Positions 20,203 to 30,890 are shown, counted from the stretch's first letter. The stretch: 64,000 nt of DNA from Clostridia bacterium (GCA_017517745.1 JAFWYJ010000009.1:3467-67466), one strand, 5' to 3'. Numbers and translations are program-made. Notes: generated by a model not told the origin, from the letters alone.

Positions 20203-20427
20203 TTACTGCTTCTTTTCCAGGAAAGCAACCACGTCTCCGATGGTGACGAAGCCCTGAATGTCGTCGTCCTGAATTTCGATGCCAAAGCGCTCCTCGCACA
20301 TCATGACGAGATCTGCAAGCTCGATGGAATTGATGCCCAAATCGTTTGCAAGTTCAGCCTCGGGGGTGATTTCGTCGGGATCCAACTGCAGCTCCTCGAC
20401 CAAAAGCTTTTTCAGCGTTTCAAACAT
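20203..20427 (-). CDS. acpP: acyl carrier protein (stand-alone)
   Basis: 74 aa starting MFETLKKLLVEELQLD. The phosphopantetheine-site region is LGINSIELADLVMMCEERFGIEI. The RBS is GGAGGAT, read on the - strand. Confidence 0.85.
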   Translation of the reverse strand: MFETLKKLLVEELQLDPDEITPEAELANDLGINSIELADLVMMCEERFGIEIQDDDIQGFVTIGDVVAFLEKKQ

Positions 20428-20484
20428 GCTAAAATATCCTCCAATTTTGTAATTGTGATGCCGAAGTTCGGCACATACACATAT

Positions 20485-20513
20485 ATTATACACGATGATC
20501 CATGGTTTGTCAA
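20485..20513 (-). promoter_or_regulatory. consensus sigma-A promoter of the ACP gene
   Basis: On the - strand: TTGACA (20513-20508), 17-nt spacer, TATAAT (20490-20485). The perfect palindrome TGCCGAAnTTCGGCA (20459-20473) lies just downstream. Confidence 0.6.
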
Positions 20514-20592
20514 GTAAAATTTATACATCTATGTATGTTTTTGCGTATTTTTGCGCATTGCGTATGAAAAATATCAAGAAAGGAGACCAAGG

Positions 20593-22533
20593 ATGCAAAT
20601 TTTTCGCAATCGCCCCTTGGCACTTGCGGCGTGTCTGAGTGCCGTGCTTGCCGCCTTGATTTCGGAATGGGACAGCCGCTCAAAGTTGCTTCTCGGCGGA
20701 TTGATCCTCCTGGGCTTGACGGTTGCCGTTGTCGTGCGGATCCGCAAGGGATTTTCCTACCGTTGTCTCGTTTGCACCCTTTGTCTGTCTGCGCTTTTTC
20801 TATCGCTTTTGTCCTCCTTCTTGTTTTTCAATGTTTCCTATCAAAAGTATCAAGCTCTCAATGGCAAGGAATGCCGAGCGGAGGGCTACGTTCTCGAGCG
20901 CATCGATTCGACTGCCTTTTCCACCTTGCTTCGCGTGAAGCTGACCGAACTCAATGGGGAAGCGGTCTCGGACCGTGCCGTCATAGAGTGTGAATACGCC
21001 ACGGCATTGCAGGTGGGCGATGGGTTTCGGCTTTCGGGAACCGCGCGGGAATTTGTCACCGATCAATCAATCGACGAAAAAACATTCTATCTTTCCGAGG
21101 GCTGCATGACGGTCATCGTTTGTCAGAGCGCCGAGGATTGTGAAGCCTTGGGGACGCATCGGGGAGAGGTTTCGGTCATGGCGTCGCGTCTGCAGACAGC
21201 ACTTGGCTACCGCCTGCAATCGGCGGTCGGTGAGGACGGTGCAGGCTTGTCGGCGGCGCTTTTGCTGGGCGACCGATCCTATCTTTCGGCAGACAATATA
21301 CTGAGCTTCCGACGCGCCGGTGTTTCTCACCTTTTGGCGTTGAGCGGTCTGCACGTGTCAATTCTGATCGCGTTCGCTGAGTTTCTGTTGCGACTTTTTT
21401 GCGTTCCCAAGCGGGCACGGGCTTTTGCCGTTCCGCTGTTTGCGCTCGGATACGTGGCAGTGACGGGTTTTGCGCTTTCGACTTGGCGCGCAGTGTTAAT
21501 GTTGAGTGTGCTCTATCTCGGCTTTTTGCTCCGTCGAAGCTATGATTCCTTCACGGCTCTTTGCACCGTGTTGGCGGCCATTCTGATCGTCACGCCATAC
21601 GCCGTCCTCGACCTCTCGCTTTGGCTTTCCTTCTTGGCGGCGGGTGCGATCGTGATCTTCAATCCCGCGTTGCAGAGACTTTTTGAGAGAATTGCCGAAA
21701 AGAAACCGAACAAACTTCTTTTCATGCTCTTCAAAGCCGTGTTTGGGGCGCTTTTCATCGGCGTTGTGACCAACCTCGCCCTTCTTCTCATCAGCGCCGT
21801 CTGTTTTGGTGAGATCTCGTTGCTCTCCATTCCCGTCACAATGCTTTTGTCTTTGCCGGTTACGCTTCTCATTTGGTGCGATGCGATCGCGCTTTGTTTC
21901 CCGGGACTTTTCCCGGTGACGCGTCTTTGCGCACTTTTGGAGAGATTGATTCTCGGCGTTTGCCGAAGGGCATCGCGGATGCGGCATATCATGCTGCCCA
22001 CCGTGAGCAATCTCACGCTGCTTTTGATCGCGGCACTGACACTTGCACTGATCCTTTTCGCGGTTTGCCGTATCAAGCGTCGACGCAATCTGCTGATTCT
22101 TCCCATCCTGTGCGCGTCGGTTTTGATTTCCTCTTTGGCAAACACCCATCTGCCTCGAAACGCTGATTGGAAATCCACCGTGATCACCTCCAAATTGGGG
22201 GAGGTGAGGCTCTATACGCGTCACGGCACTGCGGTCGTGATCAACGATACGACGCGCGCGGTTTCTCTGTCGTATGAGATCAAACAGACAACGGTTGCCT
22301 GCTCGTGCGGAGGGATCGAAGATCTGGTTTTCCCTCGTTATTATAATCAGGGAACCTATTTCATCTCCGACCTTTCTTCCCGAATCCTTGTTCGCAAGCT
22401 CCATTTGCCGATCCCGTCGGATGCGCGGGAGGAGGCGATTGCAAAAAGACTGACCGAGGAGGCGGAGCTGCACGGGATCGAGGTTTTCTTTGACGCCGAG
22501 GAATATCTTTTGCAATATGATTCGGGAGCTTGA
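20593..22533 (+). CDS. comEC: ComEC/Rec2 family competence membrane protein (no C-terminal metallo-beta-lactamase domain evident)
   Basis: ATG follows AAAGGAG. The competence-domain motif is LLLGDRSYLSADNILSFRRAGVSHLLALSGLHVS. The protein is polytopic. Confidence 0.8.
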   Translation: MQIFRNRPLALAACLSAVLAALISEWDSRSKLLLGGLILLGLTVAVVVRIRKGFSYRCLVCTLCLSALFLSLLSSFLFFNVSYQKYQALNGKECRAEGYVLERIDSTAFSTLLRVKLTELNGEAVSDRAVIECEYATALQVGDGFRLSGTAREFVTDQSIDEKTFYLSEGCMTVIVCQSAEDCEALGTHRGEVSVMASRLQTALGYRLQSAVGEDGAGLSAALLLGDRSYLSADNILSFRRAGVSHLLALSGLHVSILIAFAEFLLRLFCVPKRARAFAVPLFALGYVAVTGFALSTWRAVLMLSVLYLGFLLRRSYDSFTALCTVLAAILIVTPYAVLDLSLWLSFLAAGAIVIFNPALQRLFERIAEKKPNKLLFMLFKAVFGALFIGVVTNLALLLISAVCFGEISLLSIPVTMLLSLPVTLLIWCDAIALCFPGLFPVTRLCALLERLILGVCRRASRMRHIMLPTVSNLTLLLIAALTLALILFAVCRIKRRRNLLILPILCASVLISSLANTHLPRNADWKSTVITSKLGEVRLYTRHGTAVVINDTTRAVSLSYEIKQTTVACSCGGIEDLVFPRYYNQGTYFISDLSSRILVRKLHLPIPSDAREEAIAKRLTEEAELHGIEVFFDAEEYLLQYDSGA

Positions 22534-22664
22534 TCGCCCGAAACACGCTTCGACAAAAAAAGTCGTTTTTCCTGTATCGGAAGACGGCTTTTTTTCATAC
22601 GCTGTTATTGTGAAAGCCACACCGCAAAACGCGGCAGCTTCGGAAGAGAGGAGAGTGCAGGGAG

Positions 22665-23555
22665 ATGAAGGAAAAAACAACTCTTGCGGTTTTGGGGGGC
22701 GATCAAAGACAAATCGTGATGGCGCGAGTTCTTGCGGAGTACGGATATCCCACCAAGGTGTGGGGATTGGGCAGATGTCGGCAGGAGATCGGGGACGCGA
22801 AATATTGTGAATCCTGGGAAAACGCGATTCTGGATGCCGATGCCGTGATCCTTCCGTTGCCCGCCTCGGCGGACGGCGTGCGGATTCATTGTCCGTTGCA
22901 CGATCATGACGTGTTTTTGCGAGTGACCACGTTGCTCGATGCCATTGCGGGCAGGCGTTTGTTCGGAGGCAGGATCGTTGAGTCGATCCGCAGAATCGCC
23001 GAGCAAAAGAGCGTGGAGTGGGTTGATTATTATGAGTCTGAGATTCTACAGCTGAAAAATGCGCTTCCCACCGCAGAGGGCGCGATTGCCATCGCCATGC
23101 AAGAGCTTCCCGTGACGATTGCGGGGGTATCCGCCGCCGTGATCGGATATGGCAGGATCGCTTCCTTGCTTGCGCAAAAATTGCATGCCTTGGGAGCGCA
23201 GGTGACGGTGTACGCCCGCCGCACCGAGCAGTTGACACAAGCTTCGCTTCATCATCACAAGGTGCAAAAATTGACCTTGCCCGATGGAGAATCGGCACTG
23301 AGCTGTTTGTCGGATGACTGCCGTGTGGTGTTCAATACCGTACCGCATCGGTTGATCACACGTGAGGTCTTGAAAAAAATTCCGCACCGATGCGTTTTGA
23401 TCGATTTGGCGTCAGCACCCGGCGGAATCGATCATGCGGCGGCTCAGGAATTGAATATTCGCAGCGTGTGGGGAACCGCCTTGCCCGGCAAATGCACGCC
23501 GGAGAGCGCGGGGCGTTATATCGCCGAGACGCTCGCCCAAATGCTGGAAAGCTGA
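22665..23555 (+). CDS. dpaA: dipicolinate synthase subunit A
   Basis: N-terminus MKEKTTLAVLGGDQRQ, a Rossmann motif AAVIGYGRIA, and direct adjacency to dpaB. Confidence 0.85.
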   Translation: MKEKTTLAVLGGDQRQIVMARVLAEYGYPTKVWGLGRCRQEIGDAKYCESWENAILDADAVILPLPASADGVRIHCPLHDHDVFLRVTTLLDAIAGRRLFGGRIVESIRRIAEQKSVEWVDYYESEILQLKNALPTAEGAIAIAMQELPVTIAGVSAAVIGYGRIASLLAQKLHALGAQVTVYARRTEQLTQASLHHHKVQKLTLPDGESALSCLSDDCRVVFNTVPHRLITREVLKKIPHRCVLIDLASAPGGIDHAAAQELNIRSVWGTALPGKCTPESAGRYIAETLAQMLES

Positions 23556-23592
23556 CGGGGCAGGCGAACTTGATCGGAGAGGAGGGATTTTT

Positions 23593-24153
23593 ATGTTGGG
23601 ATATGCCTTCTGCGGCTCCTTTTGCACGCATGCACGTGCTTTGAGGGAGCTGCGGAATTTGATTGACGCGGGTTATGAGATTCAACCCATTTTCAGTGAA
23701 ACGGTCAGCCGTACGGATACCCGCTTCGGAAAAGCGTCTGCTTTGCGCTCCGAGGTCGAGGGACTTTGCTCGCATCTCCCCATTGACACGGTGGTTGATG
23801 CCGAGCCGCTCGGACCGAGCATGCCGCTTGACGCGCTGATCATCAGTCCGTGTACCGGAAACACCTTGGCAAAGATCGCCAACGGTATTACCGATACCGC
23901 AGTCTGCATGGCGGCAAAGGCGCATCTGCGCAGTGACCGCCCTTTGGTGATCTCGCTGGCATCGAACGATGCACTTTCGGCAAATTTGAAGAATATCGCG
24001 ACGCTGCTTTCGCGAAAGCAGGTCTATTTCGTTCCCATGGAGCAGGACGATCCCGAAAAGAAGCCGCATTCCTTGGTGGCTGATTTTTCGCTTTTGGTTC
24101 CCACGCTTCACGCCGCCTTTGAGGGCAGACAGTTTCGCAAGCTTTTCCTCTGA
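23593..24153 (+). CDS. dpaB: dipicolinate synthase subunit B (flavoprotein family)
   Basis: GYAFCGSFCT...PIFSE...ISPCTGNTLAKIANGITDT, 186 aa. Confidence 0.9.
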   Translation: MLGYAFCGSFCTHARALRELRNLIDAGYEIQPIFSETVSRTDTRFGKASALRSEVEGLCSHLPIDTVVDAEPLGPSMPLDALIISPCTGNTLAKIANGITDTAVCMAAKAHLRSDRPLVISLASNDALSANLKNIATLLSRKQVYFVPMEQDDPEKKPHSLVADFSLLVPTLHAAFEGRQFRKLFL

Positions 24154-24175
24154 GTGGCGAGATGACGGTTTCCGA

Positions 24176-24241
24176 CGTCGATTTCAAGGTTTTCCGCAGG
24201 CTTTTTGGGGCGAGCCTCATGCCTTGAAATCGACGCTTTTT
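24176..24241 (+). terminator. terminator after dpaB
   Basis: Perfect 14-bp arms CGTCGATTTCAAGG (24176-24189) / CCTTGAAATCGACG (24222-24235) with an inner AGGCT/AGCCT stem, then CTTTTT. The right arm overlaps the 3' end of spoVB. Confidence 0.55.
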
Positions 24242-25815
24242 GCCGAAACGGGTGAGTCCTGTTGTGCAGTGGGCTTTTGAAACAGCGTTTTGAACCATTC
24301 AAGGTCCTCGCGGTCAATGCTTTTGGTAAAGAGCAGGAGCAGAACGTAAAGCGCCAAGGTCCAAAAGCAATGCAGGAAAATGGAGAGGGCGGGGGAAGAC
24401 ACCGAAAAGCCGGTGAGTTCCAACAGGATCCGTGTCATGCAGGTCGCGCCCACAATACACAACAGAGGTTGATACACCCATTTGAGAAGGCGTACTTTGG
24501 TCGAACTGACCGTCAAAAGATGATGGATGCTCAAAACCGTGTTGAAAAGCTCCGAGAAATAGATGGTGATCAGATATCCCGTAATGCCGTATTTCGGAAT
24601 CAAAAACCGGACCAAAATCACCGAAATGAGCGCGTCGAGGATGTTGATCTTCATCGAAAAGACCTGCTCGCCAAGCCCCTTCATCATGGCGTCGGTGGCG
24701 GTGTCCACGTACATGATCGGGATGAGGGGGGCCAGCAGACGAATATAGCGTCCCGTGTCGGTTGCGGGATAAAGTGCCTCTCCGATCTCTCCCGAGAAGC
24801 AGATGAGAATGCCGGCGATACCGATCGAAAACATCAGCGAGAGAGACCAGACGCGGGAGATCATATAATTGATTCGCAGACGGCAATTTTGCACGTGACA
24901 TTCGGCAAGCTCGGGAACGAGGAGTCCCGAAAAGGAGGAGATCAGTGCGGCGGGGTAGAGTACGACGGGGATCGCCATCCCTTGAATGCACCCGTATGCC
25001 GCCAAGGATGCGGCATGACTGCTGCCGCTGTTTCGCAAGCCCTCGGGAATCAGAATGTGTTCGAGCGTGATCAATCCCGATCTCACGTATGCCGTCAGCG
25101 CGATCGGAAGTGCGATTTTCATCAGCTTTCGTCCCTCGTTTGCCGATGATCCGGCGCGTCTGTCGGGAAAGTGCAGATTTCGGTCGATCAGATAGAGCAA
25201 CAATTCAAAGAGAAAAGAGAGGATTTCCGCCAAAGCACCGCCCAGCACCAGCGCGCAGCAGGTTTCTTCGATGCCGCCCGGAGCCACCACACCCAAAAGA
25301 TACATCGTAGCTCCGATTTTGACCGCCTGCTCAAAGACCTGCACCGCCGCGTTTTTGTAAGCGCGGCGCACGGCGGTGAAATAGCCTCCGAGCGCCGAGG
25401 AGATCGCGATGGCGGGCAACGTCATCCCAAAGAGGCGCAGAGAAGAGACGGTGCGTGCGTCCTTGAGCCAACGAATTCCGATGGGCTCGGCAAAGGAAAA
25501 GAGCAGAAGCGCCGATCCAAAGCCGAAAACAAGGGCATAAACCACGGCGCGCCGCATGGCGGTGCCGATGCGGTGCTCTTCGTTTCGTCCCATTGCCTCA
25601 ACCACAACGTGTGTCACACCCAAATGGATTCCCGAGGTTGCGAGTGTCAGGGAGAAGCCGTAGACGCCCGACATCAGGGAAAAGAGCCCCATTGCCTCGG
25701 CACCGACGCGATTGGAAACGTAAACTTGAAAGGAAACCCCAACGGTTCGCATCAAAAGCGTTGCCGCTGTCAAGAGCATGGCGTTCCAAAAAACTTGCCT
25801 TGCATGCTTTTTCAT
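24217..25815 (-). CDS. spoVB: stage V sporulation protein B (MOP-superfamily flippase)
   Basis: Start MKKHARQVFWNAMLLTAATLLMRTVGVSFQVYVSNRVGAEAMGLF. About 14 TM helices and about 530 aa. Confidence 0.8.
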   Translation of the reverse strand: MKKHARQVFWNAMLLTAATLLMRTVGVSFQVYVSNRVGAEAMGLFSLMSGVYGFSLTLATSGIHLGVTHVVVEAMGRNEEHRIGTAMRRAVVYALVFGFGSALLLFSFAEPIGIRWLKDARTVSSLRLFGMTLPAIAISSALGGYFTAVRRAYKNAAVQVFEQAVKIGATMYLLGVVAPGGIEETCCALVLGGALAEILSFLFELLLYLIDRNLHFPDRRAGSSANEGRKLMKIALPIALTAYVRSGLITLEHILIPEGLRNSGSSHAASLAAYGCIQGMAIPVVLYPAALISSFSGLLVPELAECHVQNCRLRINYMISRVWSLSLMFSIGIAGILICFSGEIGEALYPATDTGRYIRLLAPLIPIMYVDTATDAMMKGLGEQVFSMKINILDALISVILVRFLIPKYGITGYLITIYFSELFNTVLSIHHLLTVSSTKVRLLKWVYQPLLCIVGATCMTRILLELTGFSVSSPALSIFLHCFWTLALYVLLLLFTKSIDREDLEWFKTLFQKPTAQQDSPVSAKSVDFKA

Positions 25816-25993
25816 TGTCACCCGTCCTTTCGGCAAGATCTGATATCATATCCACTTTATGCAAAATCGTAAAAAAATATTTTTGATCCGCTCAAAAGAA
25901 TATGCAAATCGGATATTGACAAATCGAGCGGTTTATTATATCATATTATAGTCATAAACGAATCGAAAAAACATGAGAAAAGAGGAGAGAACA

Positions 25994-26179
25994 ATGGTCA
26001 TTCATGTGTGTGAGCTTTGCGGATACGAGTATATTCCCGCCAATGGAGATATTGACGGAGGAATTGAGGAAAACACCGATTTTGAGGATCTGCCGGAAAG
26101 TTGGGTATGCCCCCTGTGCGGTGCATCCAAGGAGGACTTTATCGAAGAGATCGTCGATGATGATGACGTCGACGCGTAA
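25994..26179 (+). CDS. rubredoxin
   Basis: CELCGY...CPLCG double CxxC motif, 61 aa, acidic tail, RBS AGAGGAG. Confidence 0.9.
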   Translation: MVIHVCELCGYEYIPANGDIDGGIEENTDFEDLPESWVCPLCGASKEDFIEEIVDDDDVDA

Positions 26180-26187
26180 ATGCTTTT

Positions 26188-26214
26188 GCGGAAGAGCGAT
26201 CTTCCGCTTTTTTT
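26188..26214 (+). terminator. rho-independent terminator after rubredoxin
   Basis: GCGGAAG-AGCGAT-CTTCCGC followed by TTTTTTT. Confidence 0.7.
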
Positions 26215-26314
26215 ATGCTCATTTTGATGGAAATACGCTGCTTTTGATTGACTTTTGCGACAAAATGTGGTAAACTATATTTATAAAAGCAATCTGCCCG
26301 AAAGGAATCAGAAG

Positions 26315-28840
26315 ATGAAGAAAAAATTACTCGCCGTGGACGGCAACAGTATTCTCAACCGCGCGTTTTACGGAATTCGCCCCCTGACCACCAAGGACGG
26401 CTTTTCCACCAACGCGCTTTACGGCATGGTGACGATGATCAGCCGTCAGACCGAGACGCTGTCTCCCGACTTTTGCGCCGTGGCGTTTGACCTCAAGGCA
26501 CCCACCTTCCGTCACGGAATGTACGATGCCTACAAAGCAGGCCGCCGTCCGATGCCCGAGGAGCTTGCGATGCAGCTGCCCGTGGCAAAGGAATTGATGA
26601 CGGCGATGGGTTACACCGTGCTGGAGATGGAGGGCTACGAGGCGGATGACATTCTCGGTACGCTTGCCGCAATGTGTGAGGACGCCGACTGCGAGGCGTA
26701 TCTTCTGACCGGTGACCGTGACGCGCTGCAGTTGATCAGCGACCGTGTCCACGTTCTGCTTGCCACCAACACCGAGACGGTCGATATGAACGAAGACCGC
26801 TTTTTTGAAAAATACGGTGTCAAATCCTCTCAGTTCGTCGACGTCAAGGCATTGATGGGCGACAGCTCCGACAACATTCCGGGCGTTCCCGGCATCGGAG
26901 AAAAGACTGCTCTGAAGCTGATTTCCGAATACGGAAGCCTCGACGGCGTCTACGAAGCGTTGCCGACTGCCAAACACACTCCCTCTCTCAGAACCAAATT
27001 GGAGACGGGACGGGAAAGTGCCTATCTTTCGCAAAAACTCGCGAAGATCTTTTGCGAAGTACCTCTTCCCACGGGGCTTGAGGGGATCGCTTACCAAGGG
27101 CTTCACCGTGCCGATGCGCGCAGACTCTTCCTGCGCTTGGAGTTTTCGGCGTTCATCAAACGCTTTGGGCTGAATGAAACCGACGAAGCCGAGGCAAAGA
27201 CGCTGACGGCATCGGTTGAGACCGAGCGCGCGGACGTCGCGGACTTGACGGCTTTTTTGGAGGGAAAGCAGACGCTTGCTCTTGACCTTGACGGTGAGAA
27301 ACTCCTTCTTGGTGACGGCACGCGAATCCTTTGCGCCGAGAGCAAGATCGATGAGATTTTGCCGCTTTTGCTGGGAAAACGCTTGGTTTGCTATGATGTG
27401 AAAACACTTTACAAGCAATGCAGAGAACCTCTTTTGCGAAAGCTTGATCTGTATGACCTGATGCTGGGAGCCTATCTCGTCAACTCCTCCAAGGGGAACT
27501 ACGAGCTTCCCACCCTGATCTCGGACTATCTCGGAGAGCTTTCCAACGACGAATCTCCTCGGATCTGCTATTATTTGCGACTCTACGAGCCGATCCGCAA
27601 AAGGGTAGAGGAGAGCGGACAGGCAGATCTGCTTCGTGACTTGGAAATGCCGCTTGCCGCAGTGCTGGCGGATATGGAGTGCGTCGGTTTCCGCGTCGAC
27701 CGCGAGGGGCTTGCCAATTATGGAGAGCAGCTCGGCGAGGTCGCGAAAATTCTGGAGGGGCAGATCTATTTCCACGCGGGCAAGGAATTCAACGTCAATT
27801 CCCCCAAGCAGCTCGGAGAGGTACTCTTTGAAACGCTCGGACTTCCGCACGCCAAAAAGACGAAAACGGGATACTCGACCAACGCGGAAATTCTCGAAAA
27901 GCTGCGTCCCGCGCATCCCATCATCGACGATATCCTCGACTACCGTCAGCTCACCAAGCTCAAGAGCACCTACACCGACGGACTTTTGAAGGTGGCGGAC
28001 GAGGGCGGACGCGTGCACACCAATTTCAAACAGACGGGAACGGCAACGGGACGTCTTTCCTCGACCGAGCCGAATCTGCAAAATATTCCCGTGCGCACCG
28101 AGCAGGGACGCGAGCTTCGCCGCTTCTTCCTGCCGGAGAGCCGTGATTACGTCATCATCGACGCCGACTATTCGCAGATCGAACTCAGACTTCTGGCGCA
28201 TATTTCAGAGGATGCCAACATGATCGCCGCCTTCCGTGAGGGCGTCGATATTCACACCTCGACCGCGGCAACCGTTTTCGGTGTTCCGACCGCCGCCGTC
28301 TCGCCCGAGATGAGAAAAAAGGCAAAGGCGGTCAATTTCGGAATCCTTTACGGCATCGGCGCGTTCTCGCTTTCCGACGATCTCGGCGTTTCGCGTGCCG
28401 AGGCGCAGGCGTTCATCGACCGCTATCTGGCGAGCTATCCCGCCATTGATGCCTATCTCAAGGACGTCATTCAAACGGGCTATGAGAACGGCTACGTGAC
28501 CACGCTCTTCGGTCGTCGCCGCTATATTCCCGAGCTGTTGGGAACGAACAAAATGCAACAAAAGTTCGGTGAGCGCGTGGCGATGAACAGCCCGATCCAG
28601 GGCACCGCCGCCGACGTCATCAAGCTTGCCATGGTGCGTGTGGACCAAAGGCTGAAGGCAAGCGGCATTGACGCGCGTCTGATCTTGCAGGTGCACGACG
28701 AGCTTTTGATCGAAGCGCATCGCTCCTGTGCCGAGCAGGCGAAAACGATCCTCAAGGAGGAGATGGAGCATGCCGTCAACTATCGCGTGCCGCTGGACGT
28801 TGACATTCATATTGGAAATACGTGGTTCGAGGCGAAATGA
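26315..28840 (+). CDS. polA: DNA polymerase I
   Basis: 5'-nuclease N-terminus LLAVDGNSILNRAFYG. Polymerase motif A is DADYSQIELRLLAH, motif B is RKKAKAVNFGILYG, and motif C is LQVHDELLIE. Confidence 0.95.
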   Translation: MKKKLLAVDGNSILNRAFYGIRPLTTKDGFSTNALYGMVTMISRQTETLSPDFCAVAFDLKAPTFRHGMYDAYKAGRRPMPEELAMQLPVAKELMTAMGYTVLEMEGYEADDILGTLAAMCEDADCEAYLLTGDRDALQLISDRVHVLLATNTETVDMNEDRFFEKYGVKSSQFVDVKALMGDSSDNIPGVPGIGEKTALKLISEYGSLDGVYEALPTAKHTPSLRTKLETGRESAYLSQKLAKIFCEVPLPTGLEGIAYQGLHRADARRLFLRLEFSAFIKRFGLNETDEAEAKTLTASVETERADVADLTAFLEGKQTLALDLDGEKLLLGDGTRILCAESKIDEILPLLLGKRLVCYDVKTLYKQCREPLLRKLDLYDLMLGAYLVNSSKGNYELPTLISDYLGELSNDESPRICYYLRLYEPIRKRVEESGQADLLRDLEMPLAAVLADMECVGFRVDREGLANYGEQLGEVAKILEGQIYFHAGKEFNVNSPKQLGEVLFETLGLPHAKKTKTGYSTNAEILEKLRPAHPIIDDILDYRQLTKLKSTYTDGLLKVADEGGRVHTNFKQTGTATGRLSSTEPNLQNIPVRTEQGRELRRFFLPESRDYVIIDADYSQIELRLLAHISEDANMIAAFREGVDIHTSTAATVFGVPTAAVSPEMRKKAKAVNFGILYGIGAFSLSDDLGVSRAEAQAFIDRYLASYPAIDAYLKDVIQTGYENGYVTTLFGRRRYIPELLGTNKMQQKFGERVAMNSPIQGTAADVIKLAMVRVDQRLKASGIDARLILQVHDELLIEAHRSCAEQAKTILKEEMEHAVNYRVPLDVDIHIGNTWFEAK

Positions 28841-29008
28841 TTCACAGGTCAACGCAGTTATATTTTCTCCTAAATATTTTATAGATTTTTCGCTGAAAAT
28901 GCATTATAATGGATCGCAATGCATGCCCATGGGTTGAAAAATGCCGAATCGAAGAAAACTCGTGGGGGATGACGAACAAAACGTAAAATATACTCGGAGG
29001 ATTGAAAA

Positions 29009-30613
29009 ATGAAAAATTTCAAAATGTTTGGTGTGATGATCGACATGTCACGCTGTGCCGTGATGAGCGTAGAAGGGCTCAAGCGTTTTTTGTCATTGCT
29101 CAAAAAAATGGGATACAATTGTGTCATGCTTTACACCGAGGATACCTACGAGGTCGACGGCGAGCCTTATTTCGGATATATGCGCGGCAGATACACCAAG
29201 GAGGAATTGAAGGAGATTGATGCCTTCACCGCATCGATCGGAATGGAGCTGATCCCGTGCATTCAGACTCTGGCGCACGTTGCTGCGATTTTCCGCTGGG
29301 GTACGTACGGCAATTATCCGAGGGACTGCGATGATATTCTGCTGACCGACGATGAGCGTACCTACGAGCTGATCGAGCGTATGTTCGCAACCCTTTCCGA
29401 ATGCATTTCCTCGCGCCGCATCCATGTTGGGATGGACGAGGCGCATATGCTGGGACGCGGAAAGCACCTGGATATCCACGGCTATGAAACGACCAACTCG
29501 ATCATGAAGCGCCATCTTGCGCGTGTTTGTGAGATCGCAAAAAAATACGGTTACGAGGTCATGCTCTGGTCGGATATGTTCTTCCGTCCTTGGAACAACG
29601 GAAAATATACGATTCCCAAGCGCGAGGTGCCCCGGGAGGTCATTGAGTCCTTGCCCCAGCAGGTCATTCCCGTTTATTGGGACTACTATCGAACCGATGA
29701 AGCGATCTACAGCGATATGATCGAAAATCACAAACAGCTTTCCAAGAACACCTGGTTTGCGGGAGGCGCGTGGTGCTGGTCCGGGATGATCCCATTCAAT
29801 CGGTTCACGCTGGAATCCATGATCCCCGCACTCAAGGCCTGCAAAAAGCACGGCATCAAAAATGTGATCATGACGATGTGGGGAGACGATGGTGGGGAAT
29901 GTTCGCATTTTTCGCAACTGCCATCGCTGTTCTATCTTGCCGAATACGCCCAAGGCAACACCGATGAAGCCCTCATCAAGAAAAAGTTCAAACGCTTGAT
30001 CGGGATAGATTACGATGAATTTATGTCGATCGATTCTCCCAACGATGTGATGGAATATATGGGACGCCCCCGCAATCCCTCAAAATACATGCTCTATTCG
30101 GACTATTTCAACGGCTTTTTGGACTATACGGTTTCCGATGGCATCGGAGAGAAATACGCGGTGTGTGCCGAAAAATTACACGCGACCGCGAAAAAGAGCC
30201 GCCGCTACGGATACGTGTTTGACAGTGCGGCAAAGCTGTGCGACGTTCTGACGGTCAAGTATGAGCTTGGTGTTCGCACGCGTCGGGCGTATGAAGCCAA
30301 GGACGTGGAAATGCTTCGCTCTCTGGCCGAGAACGAATATGTGAAGGTTGCCAAGCTGATCGATATTTACGCGAGATCCTTTGAGCGGCAATGGTTTGTC
30401 GACAACAAGCCTTATGGATTTGACATAGAGGACATCAGGCTCGGAGGACTCATTCGCCGTACCGATGCCTGCCGCCGCCGCATTCTTGATTACGTCAACG
30501 GTAGGATTGACCGTATCGTTGAATTGGAGGAGAAGCTGCTTCCGTACGGAGAAAAGGGAGAGACCATTGGCTTTAACAACGCGCTTTCTTCCGCCACGGG
30601 CAACTTTTGGTAA
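29009..30613 (+). CDS. glycoside hydrolase family 20 protein (beta-N-acetylhexosaminidase-like), paralogue 1
   Basis: There is no signal peptide. The TIM-barrel catalytic region ends in RIHVGMDEAH (the GH20 D-E pair). RBS is GGAGGA. Confidence 0.75.
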   Translation: MKNFKMFGVMIDMSRCAVMSVEGLKRFLSLLKKMGYNCVMLYTEDTYEVDGEPYFGYMRGRYTKEELKEIDAFTASIGMELIPCIQTLAHVAAIFRWGTYGNYPRDCDDILLTDDERTYELIERMFATLSECISSRRIHVGMDEAHMLGRGKHLDIHGYETTNSIMKRHLARVCEIAKKYGYEVMLWSDMFFRPWNNGKYTIPKREVPREVIESLPQQVIPVYWDYYRTDEAIYSDMIENHKQLSKNTWFAGGAWCWSGMIPFNRFTLESMIPALKACKKHGIKNVIMTMWGDDGGECSHFSQLPSLFYLAEYAQGNTDEALIKKKFKRLIGIDYDEFMSIDSPNDVMEYMGRPRNPSKYMLYSDYFNGFLDYTVSDGIGEKYAVCAEKLHATAKKSRRYGYVFDSAAKLCDVLTVKYELGVRTRRAYEAKDVEMLRSLAENEYVKVAKLIDIYARSFERQWFVDNKPYGFDIEDIRLGGLIRRTDACRRRILDYVNGRIDRIVELEEKLLPYGEKGETIGFNNALSSATGNFW

Positions 30614-30861
30614 AAAACGTTATGTCTTGAACTCATACAAACGCTGATTTTTTCGGGAGACCTTGTGCGGACGGTCGACGTTCCCGATTTCACCTGCTGT
30701 TTGATTCTGCTGAAGAAACAGTAAAAGCGGAATCACGAACCGCAAAACCAAGAAGATCGGATGCGTCATTTCAGGCGATGAGCTTTGTGACGTGTCCGAT
30801 TTTTGTGTTTGAAAAAGGAGATATCCTGATTGCAAGAAATGAAATCCAAAGCGATATATCG

Positions 30862-30890
30862 TTGACAAATGCGCATGAATATGATATAAT
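30862..30890 (+). promoter_or_regulatory. consensus sigma-A promoter of GH20 paralogue 2
   Basis: TTGACA (30862-30867), 17-nt spacer, TATAAT (30885-30890). Confidence 0.6.
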
